Shown: piece after piece, positions 19,692 to 28,253 of the stretch
Layout of the letters: every line of letters starts with the position of its first letter
Numbering within the stretch: position 1 is the first letter of the stretch
IMG/VR virus record: IMGVR_UViG_3300050034_000334
Length of the DNA: 64,000 nt
Strand: one strand, 5' to 3'
Origin: a virus
Taxonomy: Duplodnaviria; Caudoviricetes
Translations under genes and position numbers: made by a program
The notes under the pieces: model-generated
Told to the model about the DNA's origin: nothing
Databases searched by the model: none
The model's input: the letters and a program-made list of their open reading frames with translations, nothing else

Positions 19692-19906
19692 AGACTCCAT
19701 CAGGGATTGAAATTGAGATAGGTCAGGTTTGGCGCGGTCCTGATTATGGCGTTCAAAATCGCGTGGGACACTTTGAGGATGGTATTGTCTGGCTGTACCG
19801 GAAACATTGCAACGGGCCAGATCGCATCCCTGTGAGTCGATTCAACGGTAAGCGTGGCGGATATGCGCTGTCGGCCGGCAACGATGCGACAGAGGAGAGC
19901 AAGTGA
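19688..19906 (+). CDS. Small hypothetical protein
   Basis: 'IEIGQVWR...' type phage protein; ATGA overlap. Confidence 0.6.
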   Translation: MKTPSGIEIEIGQVWRGPDYGVQNRVGHFEDGIVWLYRKHCNGPDRIPVSRFNGKRGGYALSAGNDATEESK

Positions 19907-19932
19907 TCGCCGCTGGTCTGGCTGCTTACTTC

Positions 19933-20424
19933 CTATCTGTGATCGCCGCTTCGCACGGCCTGTAAGGGCACGAAAGCCGGGGCGTCATGCTCCGGCTTTC
20001 GTGCCTGCTCTGCGCGATACTTCTCGAACCAGAAAACTACCGGCGTTGTATCGATACTTAATTTGCCAAAACGCATCAAGTGGTGTACGTGCGTGTAGGT
20101 TGATATTGTTGGGATGCTGTTCGCAAAATAGGTGAGTATAGAGCGGAAGCCTTCGACATTTGTATCTGCCTTTAGTATGTTGCATCTGACACAAGCAGGG
20201 TAAAGATTGTCTTTATTATCGTTTTCGGGTGAATAAAGTTTCCCGGTTTCCCGTGTCTTTGTGTACCCTGCTTTAGTAACTTCGCCGTGTACATATTCTG
20301 TTTGGCGGCGAACTGGTTCCACATGATCGGCGTGCCATTTGTCGATCAACTCCTGCCCACAATAAGCGCATCGACCGCCAAACATCATGCGGATTCTTTC
20401 GCGCTCTGGCTTGCTAAGGATCAT
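19933..20424 (-). CDS. HNH endonuclease
   Basis: 'GRCAYCG...WHADHVEP...NLYPACVRCNILK'; ATGA-coupled to the endolysin. Confidence 0.85.
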   Translation of the reverse strand: MILSKPERERIRMMFGGRCAYCGQELIDKWHADHVEPVRRQTEYVHGEVTKAGYTKTRETGKLYSPENDNKDNLYPACVRCNILKADTNVEGFRSILTYFANSIPTISTYTHVHHLMRFGKLSIDTTPVVFWFEKYRAEQARKPEHDAPAFVPLQAVRSGDHR

Positions 20425-20975
20425 TTCAACGCTCTCGCCGTCCATGCGTCTTTGTAAATGGCCAGCGCGGGATTCTTGGCAATAAGCGCATCGTAGTACG
20501 CGACACGAGATTGCTGGAAGCTGCCAACAAGTGCAGGGCCGCAAGCGTTTACCTGCTCGACGGTATTTGGACCCCACTTGCCGTCACATATCAATCTCGG
20601 CAATCCAGGATCACCGCACCAATTCACGGCTTGCTGCAAGCACCTCACAGACGCCTCACTGCCGGCATTCACGGCGAAGTCAAAGACGCGCTTTGCAACT
20701 TCGTCGCTGGTCAGTTGCGCGTACCAGGACGAGCCGTTCAAGATGCACCAGAAATGGGCTAAGTAGAACGTCTTCACGAGCGGTCCACGATCAGCTTGCG
20801 GCATGTTGGCAATCGCCGTGTACTGGAGCGGGAAGGCTCCTGAGTTGATTCCTGAGATGGCGAAGCAGTGGTCAAGCGTGCAACCTTCGGGGCACCTGTC
20901 CGTCACGGTCGCGTGCATGTCGGCGGCGTCTTCATTGCTGAGGAGCCATGAATATGCGGTTTTAAACGATGCCAT
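20421..20975 (-). CDS. Glycoside hydrolase family 108 endolysin with PG-binding region
   Basis: 'LLSNED...AISGIN...FY...FW...VFDFAVNAG...RCLQQAV...DGKWGPNT' matches the GH108 + PG_binding_3 layout. Confidence 0.85.
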   Translation of the reverse strand: MASFKTAYSWLLSNEDAADMHATVTDRCPEGCTLDHCFAISGINSGAFPLQYTAIANMPQADRGPLVKTFYLAHFWCILNGSSWYAQLTSDEVAKRVFDFAVNAGSEASVRCLQQAVNWCGDPGLPRLICDGKWGPNTVEQVNACGPALVGSFQQSRVAYYDALIAKNPALAIYKDAWTARALK

Positions 20976-21002
20976 TCTCTCTCCTTAAGGCCGTACAGCG
21001 CC

Positions 21003-21506
21003 TTACTCGCAAAGCCCATACTTTGATTCGCAAGAAGGGCGTTCTGTGTTACCACGAAAAATATTGAATTGCCTTCCGCCTCGATCTGTCTTTGCCCACT
21101 CGATTACTTCATCAATGAAGTTGTACCCTGTTGACTTGATCGGGTCTATCGGGGGAAAGAACGTCACACCGCTTTCAACTTCATAGCGGCGAACTTTTTC
21201 TATCATCTCAGGATAGCGTTCAATCCAGAGGAGAATGTCTTCCTTCCCGCTATTCACACACGGAGCGCAACCGACACGGCCAAATCCAAGTTTGTAAAGA
21301 TGATTGTATTCCTGCCCATGACCCTCAATGAAATCGAAGCACATCTTTTTAGTCCAGTCAGCTAAAGGCGCATGACACATACAATCGAAGTAGGAATCAA
21401 ACCAAGAGAACGGCGTATCTTTCCGGCGCTCCGACTCATCCCTTCGCACTCCAGTGTACCTCTCATAATCCAATCCTGCGTATTCTCCCATCGGGCCGAA
21501 ATGCAA
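21003..21506 (-). pseudogene. C-terminal half of a PAPS reductase-family protein (N-terminus missing)
   Basis: Has 'TGVRRDESERR...PLADWT...LYKLGFGRVGCAPC' but no upstream SGGKDS PP-loop segment in the frames read; no good start. Confidence 0.7.
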
Positions 21507-21534
21507 CTCAGGCTCCGCGTGGAACCTAGAAAAA

Positions 21535-21705
21535 TCAGTATGTGATCGCGACCTTCATCTTGCGGAAGCGGTCGACTGCCTGCTTTGAGTGGTCAACTGC
21601 TTGCGCGGTCTGCTTCTTGGTTTGTTCCCAGAAAGAAACCATCGCCTTCCAGCAGGATTCACCGTTCAAAACCACTTTGCCGTTGACTTCAACATTCATT
21701 TTCAT
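21535..21705 (-). CDS. Small hypothetical protein (56 aa)
   Basis: Hand translation MKMNVEVNGKVVLNGESCW...KVAITY*. Confidence 0.45.
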   Translation of the reverse strand: MKMNVEVNGKVVLNGESCWKAMVSFWEQTKKQTAQAVDHSKQAVDRFRKMKVAITY

Positions 21706-21967
21706 CACCATTCAAGTGGGAATCAGGCTGCGGGCCATCTGGGCGTCGTCCCACCCGATCCGCTCCCAGACAGTTCTGTCTTGCGACAGGCCGCAGCCCT
21801 CACCCTCGTTAGGAGATAGACATCTCCTGAAATTTGGGTGGAGTCAGTCGCCCTTCTCCAACTCTCAAGATTCTGGCATCCGTCAATGTCCATGAGAGAC
21901 CACTCCACTTCGTGGTTTTAAGTATTTCCTGTGGGTGATAGGCGTGGTGCAACGCCTTGTTTTGCTT

Positions 21968-22021
21968 CTAGGGTCGGGGAGGGATTGCTCCCTCCCGGAT
22001 CACCCTCTCCTGCTGCTGCAT
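21968..22021 (-). CDS. Mini-ORF MQQQERVIREGAIPPRP (17 aa)
   Basis: GGAGG SD ahead of the ATG; overlaps a GCAA-tetraloop hairpin. Confidence 0.35.
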   Translation of the reverse strand: MQQQERVIREGAIPPRP

Positions 22022-22075
22022 ACAAATACCTCCGCAGCGAGTTCTCGCTCCACTGATTAGCTGCTCGTTAGGCAG

Positions 22076-22111
22076 CTAGAAATCGTCACCAAAGAAATAG
22101 CCATCGCGCAT
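22076..22111 (-). CDS. Mini-ORF MRDGYFFGDDF (11 aa), leader-peptide-like
   Basis: AGGAG SD, first ORF after the promoter at 22150-22178, stop inside a hairpin. Confidence 0.35.
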   Translation of the reverse strand: MRDGYFFGDDF

Positions 22112-22149
22112 GGGAAGTCTCCTGTACAGATCTCACCTTGACGAGTGAA

Positions 22150-22178
22150 TGATACTACTCTACCGAAGAAAACGGGAA
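22150..22178 (-). promoter_or_regulatory. Phage promoter TTCCCG-N17-GTATCA
   Basis: Consensus match, 17-bp spacer. Confidence 0.7.
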
Positions 22179-22183
22179 ATCAG

Positions 22184-22420
22184 TTATTTTGCCCCAAGAG
22201 TGGGCTGGGTGCCGGTCACAAATTCTACATGCCTGATTTCCTTGGCCGTCTGTTCCGGAGTGGCTTCGACGGTTTCCAGGTGCCTATCCATGTTGGGCTC
22301 TACCATCCGTTCACCCAGTGAAGGACTTTCGGCGCTGATGAAGGCGACTGGACTCAGCTTGATCATGAGTTCTCCCTTGAATCGGAAGAGACTCTTGATT
22401 GGGATTTCTGCGAATGTCAT
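22184..22420 (-). CDS. Hypothetical protein
   Basis: 78-aa ORF directly after the GIY-YIG gene. Confidence 0.6.
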   Translation of the reverse strand: MTFAEIPIKSLFRFKGELMIKLSPVAFISAESPSLGERMVEPNMDRHLETVEATPEQTAKEIRHVEFVTGTQPTLGAK

Positions 22421-22429
22421 GTTATGCCT

Positions 22430-22975
22430 CTAGACTGGATACGCTACTTCAGCGAGTTTCCTTCTCTTGCCGGCGGAAATAGCCGCGCACTCTTCCGGAG
22501 AGCGTTTCTTGCCCAGTCTTCCTCTAGCAAAGGACTGAAGAGTTGCCAACGCAAGCGGGTGTGGTACTCTTCCTTTCTTCAACGCAGATTGACTATCACA
22601 GAATTCCTTAGTCCTTTTCTTTCCTATATTTGCTCTGCGGATTCTTTCAACCACTTCTCTAGGCATCTTCCAACCAGACTTACCTTCTCCACCAAGGGTC
22701 TCGTTGTAGCCACTACCCAAAGAGGCAAGCGTACCTTGTGATTTGATGAACTGCTTCTCGAGATCATTCAACAAACTGACTTCGCAGCAAGCAAGTTCCT
22801 GAATGGAAAAGTTGGAAGCACCATACTTTCGGATGGCCCGATACAGAGCAAAGTCAAGTCCGCTTTTTGCGTTGGCGACATGGTCCTTCCATCTCCCAGC
22901 CACCGATTTCGAGGTTTGTCCAACATACTTCTTCTGATTCACCAAGTTGACAATAAGATAGATGAATCCATTCAT
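22430..22975 (-). CDS. GIY-YIG homing endonuclease with NUMOD3-like tail
   Basis: 'GFIYLIVNLVNQKKYVGQT...R...H'; start at ATG 22975. Confidence 0.85.
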   Translation of the reverse strand: MNGFIYLIVNLVNQKKYVGQTSKSVAGRWKDHVANAKSGLDFALYRAIRKYGASNFSIQELACCEVSLLNDLEKQFIKSQGTLASLGSGYNETLGGEGKSGWKMPREVVERIRRANIGKKRTKEFCDSQSALKKGRVPHPLALATLQSFARGRLGKKRSPEECAAISAGKRRKLAEVAYPV

Positions 22976-23139
22976 ACCTGATAGGTTCCTTCGAAACAGT
23001 CTTTGACATCCTGAAGTCCACAAGTACACTTTGGAGGAGGCTTCGTTCCGCCTTCTGCCACCTTCTTGTTCCACTCGCTCACTTTGCACTCAGGTGTGTG
23101 CTCAGCTTGCTCGAGGTACTCTTGTGCCTTGCTTAGCAT
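22972..23139 (-). CDS. Small hypothetical protein
   Basis: 'MLSKAQEYLEQAEHTPEC...CTCG'; overlaps the previous gene end by 38 nt. Confidence 0.4.
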   Translation of the reverse strand: MLSKAQEYLEQAEHTPECKVSEWNKKVAEGGTKPPPKCTCGLQDVKDCFEGTYQV

Positions 23140-24187
23140 TTTCGGTTGCCCACTTGGTGATGATTCCATCCCAGGGTGTCTTCTGAGAGTTTGCTCTCTT
23201 CCAGGATGCAACGCGGCGGTCCCAGGATGACGATTTGTACTTGTTCACAGCCTCTACGAAATCCTTGGGAAGTTCAATCTCGATCTTGTAGTAGGACTCA
23301 GTCTGCTTGGCATTGAACGGAGCAACCAATGCTCTGGCTTTCTTCAGATAATCACGGAGCCAGCGAAGCTCAGTGTCAATCTTGGGATCGTCCTCATCCT
23401 TCTTGAGAGCATCGTTCATCAAGCGAAGCAAGCTGGTGCAGTAGTTGGTACGAGGAGTGCTGTACTTCAGATCTCTGAATTTGTCTTCCTTTTCACTACC
23501 TGCCAGAGCCGCTTCCATCTCCGCACGATACTTTTGGAGCTTTCCGTACTCAACCGCTGTGAGATCAGCACCTTCAAGTTTCTGACCACACAGCTTCTCA
23601 TACTTCTTTATGATCTCTGGCATGCGATTATTCTTATCATCTGCCAGAAGTGAAAGTAGCAGTTGCTCGAGCTCAGGCCACCGCTTGGGAGCAATGTGAG
23701 GAGGAGACGTCCATCTCTCTTTGGAACCATAGGAATTTGTGTTATTGAACGCGAACTCGCCTGAAGTTCCGCCGTAGTAATACATCATGTCGTAGTCATC
23801 TTTGACTGCAATCATGGCTGCTTCAAGACTAGCATCACGCTCCTTGTAATTCTTGAAAGCGTTGAATGTCAGCACATCTCCGAATCTCGTAGAACAGCAA
23901 GCCAGAACGAGGTCATGAAGATCCTGGCGCCAAGGCGACGAGCATCTGTAGTAGTATTGCTTGAGGAAGGCCTCCAGCTTGTTTCCGACCTTTTCGATGC
24001 CGGTAGTCTCAGTGTCGTATGAATCCTTGGTAGTCGGAGGCGGAGTTGCCACTCCCTGCTTCAGCAAGGCAATTGCTGCTTCTTCGAACTCTGGCCAAGG
24101 CTTCTCAGCATTGACTCTGAGATAGGTGTTGCTAACGAAGTTCTGTTTGTAATAGGTGAGGACTGCCTGCAGGTCGTTCATGGTCAT
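23102..24187 (-). CDS. Hypothetical helical protein (~360 aa)
   Basis: Long charged ORF; start placed at MTMNDL. Confidence 0.75.
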   Translation of the reverse strand: MTMNDLQAVLTYYKQNFVSNTYLRVNAEKPWPEFEEAAIALLKQGVATPPPTTKDSYDTETTGIEKVGNKLEAFLKQYYYRCSSPWRQDLHDLVLACCSTRFGDVLTFNAFKNYKERDASLEAAMIAVKDDYDMMYYYGGTSGEFAFNNTNSYGSKERWTSPPHIAPKRWPELEQLLLSLLADDKNNRMPEIIKKYEKLCGQKLEGADLTAVEYGKLQKYRAEMEAALAGSEKEDKFRDLKYSTPRTNYCTSLLRLMNDALKKDEDDPKIDTELRWLRDYLKKARALVAPFNAKQTESYYKIEIELPKDFVEAVNKYKSSSWDRRVASWKRANSQKTPWDGIITKWATENAKQGTRVPRAS

Positions 24188-24497
24188 CTTCTGCAGCAGG
24201 GGTCGAACCAAAGATAACCCAAATCTAACGGCTCGTACAAAACTTTCTGCACATGAACGAAGAGCGAACTGGAAAATTGTTGGACACTGTAAAAGTACTC
24301 TTGAGCTAGCATCCCGAAAGATGGAAATACTCAGGAGAACGACAGTCAATGACCGCCACAGTTAGGTAGATAATCCAATCCAACGGCTCGTGTGCAAACT
24401 GTGGGCAACCCACCGGGCTGCCTCTGGACTATCGATACGCTGAATATTCAGAAAAGTAAACACTTTTAATTGAACATCTGACTTTTTGCTCCATTGT

Positions 24498-25304
24498 ATG
24501 GAATGTTCATACTGCCACACCAATCCTTGTAGACCAGGCTTCGACACCTGCAGTCGTAGTTGTGCTTCCTCTAGAGCCAACAGTAATCGAAAACTATCTG
24601 AGGAGACTAAAGAGAAAATTAGAAGAACTCTTCAATCCAAGTATCCTGTCAGAAAATGCCCTATATGTGAAAAATTGTTCCGTCGTAAACAAGAGTACTG
24701 CAGCAGGTCTTGTGACATGAAATCTAGAATGAGAGATCCTGTCCAGAGGAAAGCAGTGTCTGATTTTATGAAATCTGCTCCTCATAAGGGCTGGAAATCG
24801 AGATCGATGTCCTCCTATGCAGAGCTGTTTTGGATTGACATTCTCGCTAGAGAACAAGTCAGCTTTATCCGTGAAAAAGTCATGTCAAAGAAGAGCTTAG
24901 GAATTGAATCCTCCGGAAGCTATTTCCTCGACTTTTTCTTTCCTCAATTGAACCTAGATTTAGAAATAGATGGTAGCCAACATCTCAATCCTGTGGCAAA
25001 AACCAAAGATGACGAACGTGATTTAATCCTAGAAAGAAATGGGATTCATGTTGTGAGAATGCCTTGGAAGGGATTGACCAGACATCTAAAATTCACATTT
25101 TCACAAGTGGAAGAAGTTCTTATAATGGTCGGGGTGAGGCATTTCGAAAGCCCAACCTCATGTTCCCAAAACATGTGCTCTACCCTTGAGCTACACCCCG
25201 ACATGTTAAACCTTTTCTGCGTGCCGGATTTGACCGGCGTTTCCGTCCTCAATGGACGGCGTGCTGTCCGCTTACGGAATCCTGCCCAGGCGATGCGTCT
25301 ATAG
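24498..25304 (+). CDS. DUF559/Vsr-like PD-(D/E)XK endonuclease with Zn-finger/NUMOD N-terminus (probable homing endonuclease)
   Basis: 'YFLDFFFPQLNLDLEIDGSQH...DDERDLILERNGIHVVRMPW'; AT-rich; its 3' end runs antisense through tRNA-Pro(TGG). Confidence 0.75.
   Translation: MECSYCHTNPCRPGFDTCSRSCASSRANSNRKLSEETKEKIRRTLQSKYPVRKCPICEKLFRRKQEYCSRSCDMKSRMRDPVQRKAVSDFMKSAPHKGWKSRSMSSYAELFWIDILAREQVSFIREKVMSKKSLGIESSGSYFLDFFFPQLNLDLEIDGSQHLNPVAKTKDDERDLILERNGIHVVRMPWKGLTRHLKFTFSQVEEVLIMVGVRHFESPTSCSQNMCSTLELHPDMLNLFCVPDLTGVSVLNGRRAVRLRNPAQAMRL
25126..25200 (-). tRNA. tRNA-Pro(TGG), atypical T-stem (T53-T61 mismatch)
   Basis: CGGGGTG acceptor, CATGT-TTTGGGA-ACATG anticodon arm, encoded CCA. Confidence 0.75.
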
Positions 25305-25388
25305 CCACAAAGTCCAGACATTCTACCTGCTGCCCTTTGTTCTCACCCGTCGGCAAGATCTCAGGCTCTATTGCACTATCGCAAACTT

Positions 25389-25465
25389 TGGTCGGGATAA
25401 CTGGATTCGAACCAGCGACCTCACCCACCCCAAGGGTGCGCTCTACCAGGCTGAGCCATATCCCG
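25389..25465 (-). tRNA. tRNA-Pro(GGG)
   Basis: Full cloverleaf, anticodon loop TTGGGGT, GGTTCGAATCC T-arm, CCA. Confidence 0.93.
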
Positions 25466-25562
25466 ACAAACTGTGCCGCGTCCGATGTTGTCTCTTGTCA
25501 ACTTGAGGCTGGTTGGCTCTTCAAGTCACATCCTAGTGCGGCTTACTACGCTCTTCAAACTT

Positions 25563-25637
25563 TGGTGGACTCGAACGGGATTGAACCGCCGACGCCAACC
25601 TCTTCAGGGTTGCGCTCTACCACTGAGCTACGAGTCC
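25563..25637 (-). tRNA. tRNA-Phe(GAA)
   Basis: Full cloverleaf, loop CTGAAGA, CCA. Confidence 0.93.
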
Positions 25638-25652
25638 ACATACAGCAAAAAT

Positions 25653-25729
25653 TGGTCGGCGTGGTCAGATTTGAACTGACGGCCCCTTGTTCCCGAAACA
25701 AGTGCGCTACCAGGCTGCGCTACACACCG
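25653..25729 (-). tRNA. tRNA-Pro(CGG)
   Basis: Full cloverleaf, loop TTCGGGA, CCA. Confidence 0.93.
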
Positions 25730-25907
25730 ATGTTACATAGCACAGTTGTCTAGGATTGGAGAACGGAATTGTGTGAGGAATTTCTTCTCACCCTCCTGCT
25801 AGAGCAACTGGCGTCGCCCGAGGAGAGGAGTCTTTAGGACTTAACCCTCCGCGAGCCTTGCAGGTTGCGGTCGAAATCGAAATGTTGGTCGCATTCTCAT
25901 GATCTCA

Positions 25908-25936
25908 CTCTACTGACCTGGTTCGAAAACCGGGTA
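25908..25936 (-). promoter_or_regulatory. Phage promoter TACCCG-N17-GTAGAG (tRNA cluster 1)
   Basis: Consensus match, 17-bp spacer. Confidence 0.75.
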
Positions 25937-25944
25937 CAAATCGA

Positions 25945-25973
25945 TGATACCTCAGTTTTTGGAAATACGGGAA
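25945..25973 (-). promoter_or_regulatory. Tandem phage promoter TTCCCG-N17-GTATCA
   Basis: Consensus match, 17-bp spacer. Confidence 0.7.
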
Positions 25974-25984
25974 GAAAAATTTGC

Positions 25985-26146
25985 CTAGGACATCCAACCA
26001 CGAAAACGGAGCTTGGTGGGAGCATCCTCTAGAAGCTGTTTGCCCATACGACGCATGGCCTTGGCCGCGAACTTCTTGCGGAATTGACGAGCCTTGCTGG
26101 GACGCTTGCAGCTGACGTCGATCTGCTCAATGGAGACGAATTTCAT
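25985..26146 (-). CDS. Small basic hypothetical protein (53 aa)
   Basis: Hand translation MKFVSIEQIDVSCKRPSKARQFRKK...RGWMS*. Confidence 0.55.
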   Translation of the reverse strand: MKFVSIEQIDVSCKRPSKARQFRKKFAAKAMRRMGKQLLEDAPTKLRFRGWMS

Positions 26147-26218
26147 GTCTTCACCTTTTCTGAGCTATACTGAACTCAAGTTCACTGAATAAGTGAAACA
26201 GTCGTTGAAAAGTGTATC

Positions 26219-26512
26219 TTAATCGTTGAAAAGTGTAACCTTGATGCCGCGAGCCTCAGGAACGGTGCGAAGACTTTCGCGAGTGGGAATCAGTTCGTAT
26301 GCCAGCAGGTCGCCTTCTTCATCGCGAACCACGTTGTCGACTACGAAAGTCACTTCTTTGCGTCCAACAATCACCAGGCCCTCATCGCAGGCATCAGGAT
26401 AAACCCGCTGGAAAATGCTGCCGCCACCTTGAAGATCGCTCAGTTCGGCGCAAAGGACCGTTTGTCCGTCTTCCGTGGTCTTGGTGAATTTCTGGATGCT
26501 AAAAGTTGCCAT
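26219..26512 (-). CDS. Hypothetical protein
   Basis: 97 aa, GAGGGAGG SD, own consensus promoter. Confidence 0.75.
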   Translation of the reverse strand: MATFSIQKFTKTTEDGQTVLCAELSDLQGGGSIFQRVYPDACDEGLVIVGRKEVTFVVDNVVRDEEGDLLAYELIPTRESLRTVPEARGIKVTLFND

Positions 26513-26532
26513 TTGTCATTCCCTCCCTCATT

Positions 26533-26561
26533 CTCTACTGACAGAGAACTCGGATCGGGTA
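26533..26561 (-). promoter_or_regulatory. Phage promoter TACCCG-N17-GTAGAG
   Basis: Consensus match, with the ATCCG extension shared by three other sites. Confidence 0.75.
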
Positions 26562-26569
26562 ACAGACCG

Positions 26570-27112
26570 CTAGTCCTTCCACTTTCTGTTCTTGCGACCG
26601 ATCTGCTTCATCCTCTTCATCCACTTGTCCATCAGCATCGAACGATCCAGCTTCTTCAGGTAGTCCACGATCAGGACTCCGTTCAGATGATCGATCTCAT
26701 GCTGAATGCGGCGAGCCTCTTCACCAGTGAAGGTGCGGCTGAATGGAATGAGCTTCACTTCCGGATCGTCATCCTCACCAATTGCGGTGATCGTGATTTC
26801 CCGATAGCGAGGGACTGAAACCCTGATCTGCGGAAGGCTGAGACATCCTTCCAGCTTGGCATCCTTCTCTTCAGAGTGAGCAGTGATGACTGGATTGACC
26901 AGTCCTAGTAGCATTCCACTGTTGGACTGATAGACAATGATGCGCCGGGTATCTCCTGCCTGATTGGCAGCTAAACCAGCCGCCTTATGACTATCCACCA
27001 CGATCTTCATGTAGTGCAGGATGTCGAGCGTGCCTTCGATATCAGCCGGGAAGTCCACCGGAATACACGGATGCAACAGGATTGAATCTGGGTACTGCTT
27101 TACTGGCATCAT
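26570..27112 (-). CDS. def: Peptide deformylase
   Basis: All three PDF motifs: AGLAANQ, EGCLS, HEIDHLNG. Confidence 0.95.
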   Translation of the reverse strand: MMPVKQYPDSILLHPCIPVDFPADIEGTLDILHYMKIVVDSHKAAGLAANQAGDTRRIIVYQSNSGMLLGLVNPVITAHSEEKDAKLEGCLSLPQIRVSVPRYREITITAIGEDDDPEVKLIPFSRTFTGEEARRIQHEIDHLNGVLIVDYLKKLDRSMLMDKWMKRMKQIGRKNRKWKD

Positions 27113-27236
27113 CTCTTTCCTTCTCTTCCTCGACATCCGGAGGGTTGCAATCCGGGCAGGGAATGGTCCCCTTGCTGTTGCTGATAAACCCAACATCCTT
27201 ACAATGCTTGCATTCGATACTCGGCTGCGGCTTCAA
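27042..27236 (-). CDS. Small Zn-ribbon hypothetical protein
   Basis: CKHC and CPDC pairs; overlaps the def start by about 70 nt. Confidence 0.35.
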   Translation of the reverse strand: MKPQPSIECKHCKDVGFISNSKGTIPCPDCNPPDVEEEKERDDASKAVPRFNPVASVYSGGLPG

Positions 27237-27334
27237 ACCCGATCCTCCCCATCATATTACTCTACTGACGACTAGGAAGACCAAACTTTCCTAGAGTACT
27301 CTTCTACGGAATGTCCAACAAAAGTAGCTACTGT

Positions 27335-27727
27335 CTAGAACTCCAGGCTCAGGATATGGTTTCGAATACTGGCCAAATTGGCTTTTGAGAGGATCTTCAC
27401 TCTTGTTGGAAGGCTGCCACGCAGTTCACTCTCAGAAATTCCAGAGATCATCATCACGTGTTTTGGTTTTGTGGATTCATCCCAGGTCAGGATCTCGTTC
27501 AGAAACTCCACTCCTGATACATAGGGCATCTGATAATCGCTCATCACGAGATCAAACGGAACTCCATCTATTGATGCGCGGCGGCAAGCTGATATTGCAG
27601 CACCGCCATTCCAGGTTGTCTTGATGTTTTCAGCAGAGTAACCCAGGTCTATGATCATAGTACATAGAGCATCCTGGATTTCCTTGTCATCGTCTACAAC
27701 AAGGACTTTCACGTCTTTCACTTCCAT
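27335..27727 (-). CDS. Single-domain response regulator (CheY-like receiver)
   Basis: 'VLVVDDD...DLVMSDYQMP...G.E...MMISG...ILSK': acidic pocket, phospho-Asp, Ser and Lys all present. Confidence 0.9.
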   Translation of the reverse strand: MEVKDVKVLVVDDDKEIQDALCTMIIDLGYSAENIKTTWNGGAAISACRRASIDGVPFDLVMSDYQMPYVSGVEFLNEILTWDESTKPKHVMMISGISESELRGSLPTRVKILSKANLASIRNHILSLEF

Positions 27728-28206
27728 TGGAGTTTCACCCGTTCTATCAAGAATTTCTGAGCAGCTTCATGATCGTCAAGATTCACACCCTTGATAATTC
27801 CAGATTCTACAATTCCGCTCAGGCAGGAAGGCCGTCCGGTCAGGAAATCGAATGAACCGACCGGAGACTTCTGCACAGTGTTGCTTATCCAATCAGCCTC
27901 GCCGCCTTGGTACTCGTTGGCGTCATCAATGGCTTGTTGAGCAGAAACAGCGTTCTCAACTTTCTCGGCATCGTAGCAAGTTTGGTAGATGGACACACCC
28001 TCTAATCGAACGATTTCGTAGTTGTACACTGCTCCATTCCAACCGTAGACCATCCAAATGGGATTGGAAATTCCCACTTGCTCCGGAGTCTCCAAGTCTA
28101 CTTCTGCACATACAGCCATGCCGCCCAAGTAACCACAGTCAGGTTCCTGTTCGGTAGAAGTAAACGTGGACCAGTTTTTAGAACTGGGGATCAGGATTGA
28201 TGACAC
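27718..28206 (-). CDS. Hypothetical protein
   Basis: 162-aa ORF in the operon. Confidence 0.65.
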   Translation of the reverse strand: MSSILIPSSKNWSTFTSTEQEPDCGYLGGMAVCAEVDLETPEQVGISNPIWMVYGWNGAVYNYEIVRLEGVSIYQTCYDAEKVENAVSAQQAIDDANEYQGGEADWISNTVQKSPVGSFDFLTGRPSCLSGIVESGIIKGVNLDDHEAAQKFLIERVKLQWK

Positions 28207-28253
28207 TTTGAGGCTCTCCTATGAATCGTCTACGCGATCGCTATGAAGAAGAG

